DNA from: Amoebophrya sp. A120
Taxonomy: Eukaryota > Protista > Dinoflagellata
Direction of reading: 5' to 3'
Length of the DNA: 23,314 nt
Assembly (NCBI GenBank): GCA_905178155.1
Contig: CAJINV010000040.1
Location: forward strand, 48,228 to 71,541
Position numbers and translations under genes: made by a program. Below, piece after piece: positions 1-11,073 of this stretch. The notes beneath the pieces were generated by a model. The model saw only the letters and a list, made by a program, of their open reading frames with translations. It was not told the origin of the DNA and ran no database searches. Every line of letters starts with the position of its first letter. Within the stretch, counting starts at the first letter, position 1.

Positions 1-447
1 GGCTGCGGCGGAACAGGAAGACCGCCCATGGCCCCAAGAATTGCGTCACCTTTGCGCAGAAAACTGGACGGAGTTAGCGCCGCCAAGAGTGCCTGAATTG
101 GTTAAGTTTTCTAGTATTTAGAAGCCCGCTGAAAAACCAACGTCATGCCACGGCATTATATATCTAGGAATCACGGGAAGGCCTACCTTGTCACTGCGCA
201 GTTCCTGAGCCGCAGCTGCGATGCGGCTATCCAACGCCAAACCAGTTTCCATTGCTGACATAGCGGAAGCTGCATCAAATGCAGGGTAGTGGTAGCGCAC
301 GTTAACCTCCGGCAAGGTGTGGGCCACTTCACCGCCAAACTCAGGTTTCTCAGCAGGCAGGCCATAGTTACCCGGCGCAGTCGGTGAGTTGAACGCTGTA
401 TAGCCAGCGACAACTGTCAGACATGAAGCAAAGCTGAGGAAGCGCAT
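1..447 (-). CDS. Secreted SFL-motif protein, spliced, 3' end runs off the window; paralog of the gene at 21578-22150
   Basis: ATG at 447 (MRFLSFASCLTVVAG, signal-peptide-like). Exon 1 is 447-187; a phase-0 GT-AG intron spans 186-93 (AAG|GTAGGC...TTCAG|GCA); exon 2 (92 to <1) reads ALLAALTPSSFLRKGDAILGAMGGLPVPPQP. Intron position is the same as in the 21578-22150 gene, the protein is near-identical, and most differences are synonymous. Confidence 0.85.
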
Positions 448-799
448 CTTTTCCCTGCAATTGAATGGATCAAAACTACTTGAAAACAAGAACAAAAAAA
501 CCCTGGCAAAGCATGCTATTGAGTGCAGTTGCTAGAAAGTGACGCGATGCGAAACGCGAAACAGATTCAGTATGACTTGGCAGTCGCTCTCTCAACGACG
601 AGGCACGTTAAGTACATGATTTGTTCACTCAGCCACTGTCTTTGCGCTTTTTCATGAGTTCACAGAACCAGAGCTAAACTTTTTGTTTGAAAAAAACCCA
701 CGGCTGCGGCAGAACGCGGCGAGTTGCATGCACCGCATGCAGACTACACGCGGGCACACAAGCACGACGCGCAGCCAGCCACCAGGTGAGTGGCACACT

Positions 800-3700
800 G
801 TGTCGGGTCAGCATTAGCGCAAGCGCCACACACGAAGAAAAGCATCCAAGTGCATAGATCTTCCACCAGACAGACCAAAGAGAGGGAAGCGAGTGCGTCG
901 CGCAGTTCTATTCACACAGAGACCGGAGCAGACAGGTGCTGCAGTCATTGACCACGCTCGTCAAATATGTGCTAGAAGAAGGCAAGGACGGCTTGGCAAA
1001 CGGTCGGCAAAAGGCCGAAACGCGAGTAGTGCGCGGCGCTTCAACATCCAGAGGCCCCAAGCGCAACAAAAAGAAGCACCGCCACTGTGCGCTAAGTTTG
1101 ATGAAGGTCCGAGACGTGCGCCCCACGGTATTGCATCCACTAAGCAGATTGAACCCGAGGAGCAGGTAGCGCTGAGACTTTGCGCAAGTGCACGCTGCGC
1201 GGTCCTTGTTGTGCGTAGTCGCAGCAGAACGGGGGCAGCATATAGGCCGCTGCACGCAGCCGCAGAAGGTTAGTGGCACGTAAGCACCAAGACCAAGACC
1301 GAACCAGATCACCGCTGGACGCAAAGAGCGCGACCGTCCAAAATTAGCGCAAGCGCCACACGAATGGAAAAGCATCCAAGTGCATAGATCTTCCACCCGC
1401 TCAAACAGTAGCACCAGCAAGCGCCGCGCAGTTCTATCCGCACAGAGACTGGCGAAGACAAGCACAGAAATCATTGACCACGGTCGTCAAAAAAGAAAAA
1501 AGGTCACGTCCGCCAACAGGCTCAGCGACGACCATGCGATGCGTCACGGAGCACTGGCGCGGCCTGTGCGAGCATGGAAGGACGGAAACACCGCGGCGAG
1601 TAGTGTGCAACGCTTCCAACTGCGAGGGTCCGAAACGTAAACAACCGCGGAGCTACTGGCGCGCACAGCGCAGGCGGTAGCGGCAAGAGGTGCGCCGCAC
1701 GGTATTGCATTTGCTCAGCGTGCCAACACCCAGAGGCGTCGGCAGGCTGGGCTGCTTGTTCAAGTGCTTGCACCGCGGTGGCTGTAGCTGGTAGCCGCTG
1801 CAAACTGGGCGCAGCTTGGGACGACTGCACGCCACGCGCGCAAAGAGCGCGCCATGTCATCATTAGCGCAAGCGCCGCACACGAGGAAAAGCATCCAAGT
1901 GCATAGATCTTCCACCAGACCAAAGAGAGGGCAGCGAGTGCGTCGCGCAGTTCTATTCACACAGAGACCGGAGCAGACAGGTGCTGCAGTCATTGACCAC
2001 GCTCGTCAAAAAAGCACGAGGATCAAACATGGCAGGCGGTGCAACGACGGCCATGATATGTGCTAGAGGAAGGCAAGGGGGGCGCGGCCAACGGTCGGCA
2101 AAAGGCCGAACCCCGGGTAGTGCGCGACGCTTCAACATCCAGAGGCCTCAAGCGCATCCAAAAGAAGCGCCTCCACTGTGCGCTACGTTGGTTGCAGGTC
2201 CGAGACGTGCGCCCCACGGTATTGCATCCACTAAGCAGATTGAACCCGAGGCGCAGGCGACGCTGGGCCCTTGCGCAAGTACATGCTGCGCGGTCCTTGT
2301 TGTGCCTAGGCGCTGCAGCATGGCGGCAGCATATAGGCCACTGCACGCAGCCGCAGAAGGTTGGTGGCACGTAAACACCAAGACCAAGGCCGAACCAGAT
2401 CACTGCCGGACGCAAAGGGTGCGACCATCCAAAATTAGCGCAAGCGCCACACGAATGGAAAAGCATCCAAGTGCATAGATCTTCCATCCGCTCAAACAGT
2501 AACACCAGCAAGCGCCGCGTAGTTCTATCCGCACAGAGACTGGCGAAGACAAGCACAGAAATCATTGACCACGGTCGTCAAAAAAGAAAAAAGATCACGT
2601 CCGCCAACAGGCTCAGCGACGACCATGCGATGCGTCACGGAGCACTGGCGCGGCCTGTGCGAGCATGGAAGGACGGAAACACCGCGGCGAGTAGTGTGCA
2701 ACGCTTCCAACTGCGAGGGTCCGAAACGTAAACAACCGCGGAGCTGCTGGCGCGCACAGCGCTGGCGGTAGCGGCAAGAGGTGCGCCGCACGGTATTGCA
2801 TTTGCTCAGCGTACCAACACCCAGAGGCGTCGGCAGGCTGGGCTGCTTGTTCAAGTGCTTGCACCGCGGTGGCTGTCGCTGGTCGCCGCTGCAAACTGGG
2901 CGCAGATTGGGACCACTGCACGCCACACGCGCAAAGAGCGCGCCATGTCATCATTAGCGCAAGCGCCACACACGAGGAAAAGCATCCAAGTGCATAGATC
3001 TTCCACCAGACCAAAGAGAGGGCAGCGAGTGCGTCGCGCAGTTCTATTCACACAGAGACCGGAGCAGACAGGTGCTGCAGTCATTGACCACGCTCGTCAA
3101 AAAAGCACGAGGATCAAACATGGCAGGCGGTGCAACGACGGCCATGATATGTGCTAGAGGAAGGCAAGGGGGGCGCGGCCAACGGTCGGCAAAAGGCCGA
3201 ACCCCGGGTAGTGCGCGACGCTTCAACATCCAGAGGCCTCAAGCGCATCCAAAAGAAGCGCCTCCACTGTGCGCTACGTTGGTTGCAGGTCCGAGACGTG
3301 CGCCCCACGGTATTGCATCCACTAAGCAGATTGAACCCGAGGCGCAGGCGACGCTGGGCCCTTGCGCAAGTACATGCTGCGCGGTCCTTGTTGTGCCTAG
3401 GCGCTGCAGCATGGCGGCAGCATATAGGCCACTGCACGCAGCCGCAGAAGGTTGGTGGCACGTAAACACCAAGACCAAGGCCGAACCAGATCACTGCCGG
3501 ACGCAAAGGGTGCGACCATCCAAAATTAGCGCAAGCGCCACACGAATGGAAAAGCATCCAAGTGCATAGATCTTCCATCCGCTCAAACAGTAACACCAGC
3601 AAGCGCCGCGTAGTTCTATCCGCACAGAGACTGGCGAAGACAAGCACAGAAATCATTGACCACGGTCGTCAAAAAAGAAAAAAGATCACGTCCGCCAACA

Positions 3701-6700
3701 GGCTCAGCGACGACCATGCGATGCGTCACGGAGCACTGGCGCGGCCTGTGCGAGCATGGAAGGACGGAAACACCGCGGCGAGTAGTGTGCAACGCTTCCA
3801 ACTGCGAGGGTCCGAAACGTAAACAACCGCGGAGCTGCTGGCGCGCACAGCGCTGGCGGTAGCGGCAAGAGGTGCGCCGCACGGTATTGCATTTGCTCAG
3901 CGTACCAACACCCAGAGGCGTCGGCAGGCTGGGCTGCTTGTTCAAGTGCTTGCACCGCGGTGGCTGTCGCTGGTCGCCGCTGCAAACTGGGCGCAGATTG
4001 GGACCACTGCACGCCACACGCGCAAAGAGCGCGCCATGTCATCATTAGCGCAAGCGCCACACACGAGGAAAAGCATCCAAGTGCATAGATCTTCCACCAG
4101 ACCAAAGAGAGGGCAGCGAGTGCGTCGCGCAGTTCTATTCACACAGAGACCGGAGCAGACAGGTGCTGCAGTCATTGACCACGCTCGTCAAAAAAGCACG
4201 AGGATCAAACATGGCAGGCGGTGCAACGACGGCCATGATATGTGCTAGAGGAAGGCAAGGGGGGCGCGGCCAACGGTCGGCAAAAGGCCGAACCCCGGGT
4301 AGTGCGCGACGCTTCAACATCCAGAGGCCTCAAGCGCATCCAAAAGAAGCGCCTCCACTGTGCGCTACGTTGGTTGCAGGTCCGAGACGTGCGCCCCACG
4401 GTATTGCATCCACTAAGCAGATTGAACCCGAGGCGCAGGCGACGCTGGGCCCTTGCGCAAGTACATGCTGCGCGGTCCTTGTTGTGCCTAGGCGCTGCAG
4501 CATGGCGGCAGCATATAGGCCACTGCACGCAGCCGCAGAAGGTTGGTGGCACGTAAACACCAAGACCAAGGCCGAACCAGATCACTGCCGGACGCAAAGG
4601 GTGCGACCATCCAAAATTAGCGCAAGCGCCACACGAATGGAAAAGCATCCAAGTGCATAGATCTTCCATCCGCTCAAACAGTAACACCAGCAAGCGCCGC
4701 GTAGTTCTATCCGCACAGAGACTGGCGAAGACAAGCACAGAAATCATTGACCACGGTCGTCAAAAAAGAAAAAAGATCACGTCCGCCAACAGGCTCAGCG
4801 ACGACCATGCGATGCGTCACGGAGCACTGGCGCGGCCTGTGCGAGCATGGAAGGACGGAAACACCGCGGCGAGTAGTGTGCAACGCTTCCAACTGCGAGG
4901 GTCCGAAACGTAAACAACCGCGGAGCTGCTGGCGCGCACAGCGCTGGCGGTAGCGGCAAGAGGTGCGCCGCACGGTATTGCATTTGCTCAGCGTACCAAC
5001 ACCCAGAGGCGTCGGCAGGCTGGGCTGCTTGTTCAAGTGCTTGCACCGCGGTGGCTGTCGCTGGTCGCCGCTGCAAACTGGGCGCAGATTGGGACCACTG
5101 CACGCCACACGCGCAAAGAGCGCGCCATGTCATCATTAGCGCAAGCGCCACACACGAGGAAAAGCATCCAAGTGCATAGATCTTCCACCAGACCAAAGAG
5201 AGGGCAGCGAGTGCGTCGCGCAGTTCTATTCACACAGAGACCAGAGCAGACAGGTGCTGCAGTCATTGACCACGCTCGTCAAAAAAGCACGAGGATCAAA
5301 CATGGCAGGCGGTGCAACGACGGCCATGATATGTGCTAGAGGAAGGCAAGGAGGGCGCTGCCAACGGTCGGAAAAAGGGCGAGACGCGAGTAGTGCGCGA
5401 CGCTCTAACATCCAGAGGCCCCAAGCGCAACCAAAAGAAGCGCCTCCACTGTGCGCTACGTTTGTTGCAGGTCCGAGACGTGCACCCCACGGTATTGCAT
5501 CCACTAAGCAGATTGAACCCGAGGCGCAGGCGACGCTAGGCCTTTGCGCAAGTGCATGCTGCGCGGTCCTTGTTGTGCGTAGTCGCTGCAGAATGGGGGC
5601 AGCATGTAGGCCACTGCACGCAGCCGCAGAAGGTTGGTGGCACGTAAACACCAAGACCAAGGCCGAACCAGATCACCGCTGCACGCAAAGGGTGCGACCG
5701 TCCACAATTAGCGCAAGCGCCACACGAATGTAAAAGCATCCAAGTGCATAGATCTTCCACCCGTTTGAGCAGCAACACCAGCAAGCGCCGCGCAGTTCTA
5801 TCTGCACAGAGACTAGCGAAGACAAGCACAGAAATCATTGACCACGGTCGCCAAAAAAGAAAAAAGATCACGCCCGCCAACAGGCTCAACGACGGCCATG
5901 CGATGCGCCAGGGAGCACTGGCTCGGCTTGTGCGAGCATGGAAGGACGGAAGCTCCGAGGCGAATAGTGCGCAACGCTTCCAACTCCGAGGGTCCGCCAC
6001 GTAAACAGCCGCGGAAATGCTGCGGCGCGCAGCGTTGGCGATAGGGGCAAGAGGTGCGCCGCACGGTATGGCATCTGCTCAGCGTAGCAACCCAGAGGCA
6101 GTGGCAAGCCGGGCTGCTGTTCAAGTGCTTGCGCCGCGGTGGCTGCCGCCGGTAGCCGCTGCAGACTGGGCGCAACTTGGGACTGCTGCATGCCACGCGC
6201 GCAAAAGTGTGAAACGCGCACAACCAGAGCAAGGAATGCGGCAGGCCGAGCGCGCCATGTCATCATTAGCGCAAGCGCCACACACGAGGAAAAGCATCCA
6301 AGTGCATAGATCTTCCACCAGACCAGAGAGAGGGAAGGGAGTGCGTCGCACAGTTCTATTCACACAGAGACCGGCGCGGACAGGTGCTGTAGTCATTGAC
6401 CACGCTCGTCCAAAAGGCACGACGATGAAACTTGGCAGGCGGTGCAACGACGATCATGATATGCGTCAGAGGAGCACAAGGAGGGCGCGGCCAACGGTCG
6501 GCAAAAGGCCGAAACGCGAGTAGTGCGTGGCGCTTAGAAATCCAAGCGTTCCAAGCGCAACCAAGAAAAGGACCGCCACTGCCCGCTGCGTTTATGGCAG
6601 GTCCGAGACGTGCGCCCCACGGTATTGTATCCACTAAGCAGATTGAACCCGAGGCGCAGGCGACGCTGGGCCTTTGCGCACTGCTGCGCGGTCCTTGTTG

Positions 6701-7285
6701 TGCGTAGTCACTGCAGAATTTGGGCAGCAAATGGGCCGCTGCAAGCAGCTGCAGAAGGTTAGTAGCACATAAACACCAAGACCAAGCAGGCCCAACCAGA
6801 TCGCCGCCGGACGCACAGGGCGCGACCATCCAAGATCAGCGCAACTTAGCGCAAGCGCCACACGAATGGAAAGGCATCCACGTGAATTAGATCTTCCACC
6901 CGGTCAAACAGCAACACCAGCAAGCGCCGCGCAATTCTATCCGCACAGAGACTGGCGAAGACAGACACAGAAGTCATTGACAACAGTCGTCAAAAAAGAA
7001 AATGATCACGTCAGCCAACAGGCTCAGCCACGGCCATGCAAGGCGTCACAGGCGGCGTGCGCCGTGGGTGCAAGCCTGGTGAGCCGGGAGCATTTTTCCG
7101 AGTAGTGCGCAACGGTTCCAGCTTTGAGGACCCGGCGCGGTCAGTATGCTCAACATACTAAGCCAGAGACACAGGCGACGACGCGGGGACGTTTTCCAAG
7201 CGCTAGCTCCGCGCTTCTTTTTTCTGCGAACCGCTGCAAACTGCGCGCTGCTTGGGGGCGGCTGCGCGCTACCTGCGCAAGCGCG
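800..7285. repeat. Tandem satellite array with a 1091-bp higher-order unit made of two diverged monomers (about 572 + 519 bp); about 12 monomers
   Basis: The core TTAGCGCAAGCGCC...AAAAGCATCCAAGTGCATAGATCTTCCA recurs at about 813, 1343, 1862, 2434, 2953, 3525, 4044, 4616, 5135, 5707, 6265 and 6846. The ORF track repeats with an exact 1091-nt period (e.g. 1981/3072/4163). Central copies are near-identical and edge copies are diverged. Confidence 0.97.
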
Positions 7286-8598
7286 GAACTTGTGGTCTAG
7301 TCTGTTGACATGATTGAGACCCGAAGTGGAACAGCTTTCCGCAACACAAAGTGAAGAAAAACTAGAAAGAGAACCCTCAAACGCAATGTCGTCAAGGTTG
7401 CAACTGGTGTATACCTGAAACGAAGACTATTTCTGCATCTATTGAATTATGGACGAAAGGACCAGGCCAGCAATGGAAAACTCAATACGCGGAACCGAAC
7501 AGATTTGGATCTCTCTCACGGATCACAATTTCCATACCCGCGCACGGGTCTGAGGGCTCCCCGATATTGGAGAGATGACCGCTGGACAGGACGCTGCGCA
7601 TGACAGTAGAAATATCCTTTGTTTGCAACTAGCACGGTACGCTACTCGCAACAACGAGAACAGGTAACAACCTGTGTGTGGCAAACGAACACAAGACGAA
7701 GGCGAAACACGCCAACAACTTTGAGGTGTGCAGTATCTGAGCGTGCGGACGAGTGATTACACAGGGAACGCAGTATGCCAGACATGAGAGTGCTAGAAGA
7801 AATTCAAAAATGGCGCGTCAATGATGCAGATACTGTAAGAGAGATGAAACAGAGTCGAGCTATAAAGCATCAGCGCGCATAGTGTAAAAGTATAGCAAAA
7901 TCGCAAGAAACGCACAAGATGCACAGAGGGCGCTTCCGCGCCACATTCTCTCTGGTTCAACCGTTTCCAGATTCCCGTACGCACCTAATGACTTCACCAC
8001 TACACCGGGAAACCGGTGGAAGCAACGTTGCCAGTGCGCTTGCGTGCGCCCATCCCGTCGGCTCCTGGCATAGTGCAAAGGTTCTTGTCAACGCTGGCTC
8101 CTTGGCGAAGGCCTTCCGCGCGCGATATTGCCTGCATTTCCAGCTTGGGAGACGCATGCTGAAGACCCGCCGGTCCACGGTGCGAAAATTTACCACTTTC
8201 ATTCAATGTTGAGATTGGCCAACAACGGCGAGGAAAAAAAACAAAACTGAACCGGAGTTTGAGGAAAATTTCAATGAACTTGAGAAACCGGTTTTTGAGG
8301 AAGCGCACATTTGCTAACTTCTGAGCGACTCATGTTTTCAGGGAACTCTCTTGAGATTCGATGGACTTGCAGCTCAGACGCTCCTGCGAACACGATAAAA
8401 CACGGCGCACCGCCGAATGGAAAGAACATCTTTTGGCGCAGAAGCAACATCCTGTGTAGCCGAATTTCAAAGCATATTTTCTCTTGAGGGATACATTTCC
8501 AAATCTAGTCTGAGTACGATCCCGGTGCCCGAGTACGCGGACGGCGACCAATCTGGCTCATAGCGTTGAGCCGCGATTGACCTTGCATAGTCGGGGTC

Positions 8599-9066
8599 TT
8601 AGGCGCAAGGGAAGCTCGCGCCGCACTTCCAGGCAAAGTCCGCCTTTTGCGCATCACTCATCCCAGAAAAAGATTGGGGTCCGCAGTATCCAGTGTACGA
8701 TGCCGTGGGGTAACAGGTCCCGCTAGACGCAGTGAAGCCAATGGGGCAGCCGGACATGTTCATGGGGCACCCACCGGCATACAGTTGCTTGCGGACTGCG
8801 ATGTGAGCCGCAACATATGCATCTTTCTTCAAACTCTCCAGGGCCATGGCTGAAGAGACCTCCTCAGTCAGCGCGGCAGTTCCCGCGGCAATGGCGGCCG
8901 CTTCATTTGCAGAGGCATTCCCGACGGACTGTTTGTAGGCCGTGCTCGAACTCCCAGATGACATGATACCCGCCAGCGTGCTAGCTGCAGCAGATGCAGA
9001 GCCGGGGAAAATTGGGTCGGCCGACGCCACGGCGACCACGGCAGAGAAGACAGCAAGACCGAACAT
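8599..9066 (-). CDS. Secreted CPW-WPC-like domain protein (155 aa)
   Basis: Signal peptide MFGLAVFSAVVAVASA. The C-terminal CPMNMSGCPIGF...CYPTASYTGYCGPQSFSGMSDAQKADFAWKCGASFPC matches the CPW-WPC pattern (CPxxW..C....Y.G.C......K..w...C...WPC). Confidence 0.85.
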   Translation of the reverse strand: MFGLAVFSAVVAVASADPIFPGSASAAASTLAGIMSSGSSSTAYKQSVGNASANEAAAIAAGTAALTEEVSSAMALESLKKDAYVAAHIAVRKQLYAGGCPMNMSGCPIGFTASSGTCYPTASYTGYCGPQSFSGMSDAQKADFAWKCGASFPCA

Positions 9067-9449
9067 GGTTGTGAGCTGGCTACCTGTTGCAACAAAAACC
9101 TAGGTTCCTGAAAATGCAGACCTTGACTTCTCACACAGTAGACCAGTTTTTTAGTGTTCTAGTGTTCTTCAGAACCAATCACGACTTAGGGTACATTTTG
9201 AAAGGCGACGCGACTCTCACCCTCAGTTACTGTAGCTTTGGGACAACCTGACTCACTGTAGCTTTTTGAACTACAACGATGCGCGCTCATGCCACTATAA
9301 CTTTTTGGAAGATGACCGGGCAACGAACAGACAAGCACAACAAGAGCTAGCGCAGTCATTTGTAACGCTGCTGGAGTTTAGATTCACAACCAATTCTCAA
9401 CAAATGGAAAACAAAACAATCCTTGTTGGTCGGCGCTCAGCCAGGATAT

Positions 9450-9779
9450 TTAGGCGTGCAGATGCAGCTGAACGATGGGGGACTGCGTCTTGCGCTCCGG
9501 GAGATAGCCGCCAGAAGCTCCCATGATGCGCGAAACCAAGCCGCGAAGCATTGCTCCTTTGCGCAGAAACGAGACGGATTGACCAGTGGTGTAGTCGACG
9601 ACAGATCCGCCCGCTGCAGCCGCGGAGGCAGCTCCGGTAGATGCTGCTGCAGCCTGATAGGCCAAGCCGGCAGACTTGTATGCCTTGGCGGCTGCGGAGA
9701 TGTCAGACAGGTCGCTCTCACGCTGTGCGGACACCAAAGCTCCAAAAAGAGCGGTGAAGATCAGAGCGAGACGAAACAT
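9450..9779 (-). CDS. Small secreted Ala-rich SFL-motif protein (109 aa)
   Basis: Signal peptide MFRLALIFTALFGALVSA; VSFLRK motif; terminal PIVQLHLH beta-strand motif shared with neighbours. Confidence 0.75.
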   Translation of the reverse strand: MFRLALIFTALFGALVSAQRESDLSDISAAAKAYKSAGLAYQAAAASTGAASAAAAGGSVVDYTTGQSVSFLRKGAMLRGLVSRIMGASGGYLPERKTQSPIVQLHLHA

Positions 9780-10119
9780 TGTAGCACTTGTTGATCTGCA
9801 GGAAACGGATTCAACGAAAACAATAGTCTAACTGAAAGATTGACACGGATGAAGCACTTGCCCGGGAAACCACTTTGCGCTTTTTTGGACATTCTCTCTG
9901 TTTCCTGGCATGAGAGGATTTGCACACGATGCGGAGGGGCTTTTTGAACTCTCAGGGAAGGCATCTACGACTACGAATTCACGGCGAACATTCCATGCGA
10001 AACTGTGTCTCTGAAAGAACGAGAGTTGCGCTTTTTTTGTTTGTTCTCACAAAAATCTTTATGCATGCTGCATCTGAAGCGTCATTCTGAGTGTGTTTCT
10101 CACCGCGCACAGACGAGAT

Positions 10120-10740
10120 TTAACCCAAAGCAGAGGCGATCATCCCGTTCAAAGCCTTCACGAATTGGATCTGCATGTCCAGGATTTTGCCCTGCATTGC
10201 GACTTCAGAAGCGTCGCGCGACGATTCAGTGGCTTGCAAGAGGTCAACCGTGGATGCCCATGGAATGTCTGAAGCCTTCACCTTGACGCCGATGGAACCG
10301 GATCCCTTCTGCAGAAAGCTGCCATGGAGGGCGCTCTTCAACTCCCCGATGACAATCTTAGCCAATGCACCAAACTCCGCGGTAGCTTGGGCGATGCGCT
10401 TGGATTCCAAATCTGAGCGAACGTTCTCAAAGGCTGCAACGCGGCCCGCAGACGCCCCCGATTCCGGTCCGTTCATCACGCGAATGAAAACTGGCGCACC
10501 CTGCAAAAAGGACGAATGATGGACCACAGCGTCGATTTCCGCTTTGGCTGACGCCAGCGCTGCGCTCATTGCTTTCTGGAGGCCGGTCATGCCGGACGCT
10601 TCCATAGCCGACTCTGCCTTGCCGTAGGAGGCGTATGTGTTCCCGGCATCCACGGGGGGCGCCAAAGCAACTTGAATGAGCGGCTCACTGTCAGCAGCGA
10701 CGCGGCCGACAAGGCACGCAGCGAAGATTTTGGAGTACAT
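10120..10740 (-). CDS. Secreted three-module protein resembling apicomplexan 'blood-stage antigen 41-3' (206 aa)
   Basis: The likely start is the ATG at 10740 (AAAAAAA-ATG, MYSKIFAACLVGRVAA), not 10968. Motifs SSFLQ and GSFLQ. The C-terminal VKVKASDIPWASTVDLLQATESSRDASEVAMQGKILDMQIQFVKA resembles 41-3 family proteins as I recall them (not verified by search). Clearly paralogous to 11074-11730. Confidence 0.75.
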   Translation of the reverse strand: MYSKIFAACLVGRVAADSEPLIQVALAPPVDAGNTYASYGKAESAMEASGMTGLQKAMSAALASAKAEIDAVVHHSSFLQGAPVFIRVMNGPESGASAGRVAAFENVRSDLESKRIAQATAEFGALAKIVIGELKSALHGSFLQKGSGSIGVKVKASDIPWASTVDLLQATESSRDASEVAMQGKILDMQIQFVKALNGMIASALG

Positions 10741-11073
10741 TTTTTTTGGAGCAAAGGACTTGCAAAAAAGTGCAGCTATGCGATCCAAAATTGAGTGCGA
10801 TTTGACAAAGGTAAGTCTTTTCCAAGTCTTCTGTTTTGGAGTGCCCGCTACAGTTTTCTCAGTGAAAAGCGAAAGGCGAAATTTGAATGAATTCTCTCTC
10901 AACGCGAATAGTGTGAACTTTCCCTCAACGCGATGGTGAACAAGGGATGCTTTTGAAGAAAAACTCATGTCCCCGAAATGCGTGCGTTCTTCAGGAGCGA
11001 AAATTGAGAAACTTGTTGCTCAGCCACTAGCGGTCAAAAGGTAGTACTGGATCCTGGTCAGAGGTGTTGTTAC

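Noticed and set aside
725-732. TGCATGCA apicomplexan AP2-type motif
   Set aside because: I noticed only this single occurrence, and it is not repeated upstream of the cluster genes.
838-965. 5S rRNA, tRNA, U1/U2 snRNA or spliced-leader RNA gene in the monomer
   Set aside because: Only short words match (ACTTGGATG, GGTATTGCA, TGGTCAATG), on inconsistent strands. I saw no B-box, no U1 5' end, no Sm site and no dinoflagellate SL sequence.
813-6900. CRISPR-like array (conserved core about 30 bp, regularly spaced)
   Set aside because: The intervals are about 500 bp and homologous to one another, there are no cas genes, and the context is eukaryotic.
893-7105. Many overlapping ORFs in the satellite (e.g. 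the recurring VEDLCTWMLF peptide)
   Set aside because: ORFs occur in all six frames with Arg/Cys-rich composition and frame-breaking indels between copies. Peptide recurrence follows from nucleotide repetition in GC-rich DNA.
7793-8551. Short ORFs between the satellite and the cluster
   Set aside because: No signal peptide, recognisable motif or consistent frame. A spliced gene cannot be excluded but is not supportable from the sequence.
10741-10968. N-terminal ORF-track extensions (also 13801-13986, 19802-19870, 14649-14750, 11731-11772, 448-495)
   Set aside because: These are low-complexity, pyrimidine-rich UTR-like sequence. Downstream ATGs place the signal peptides at the N-terminus.
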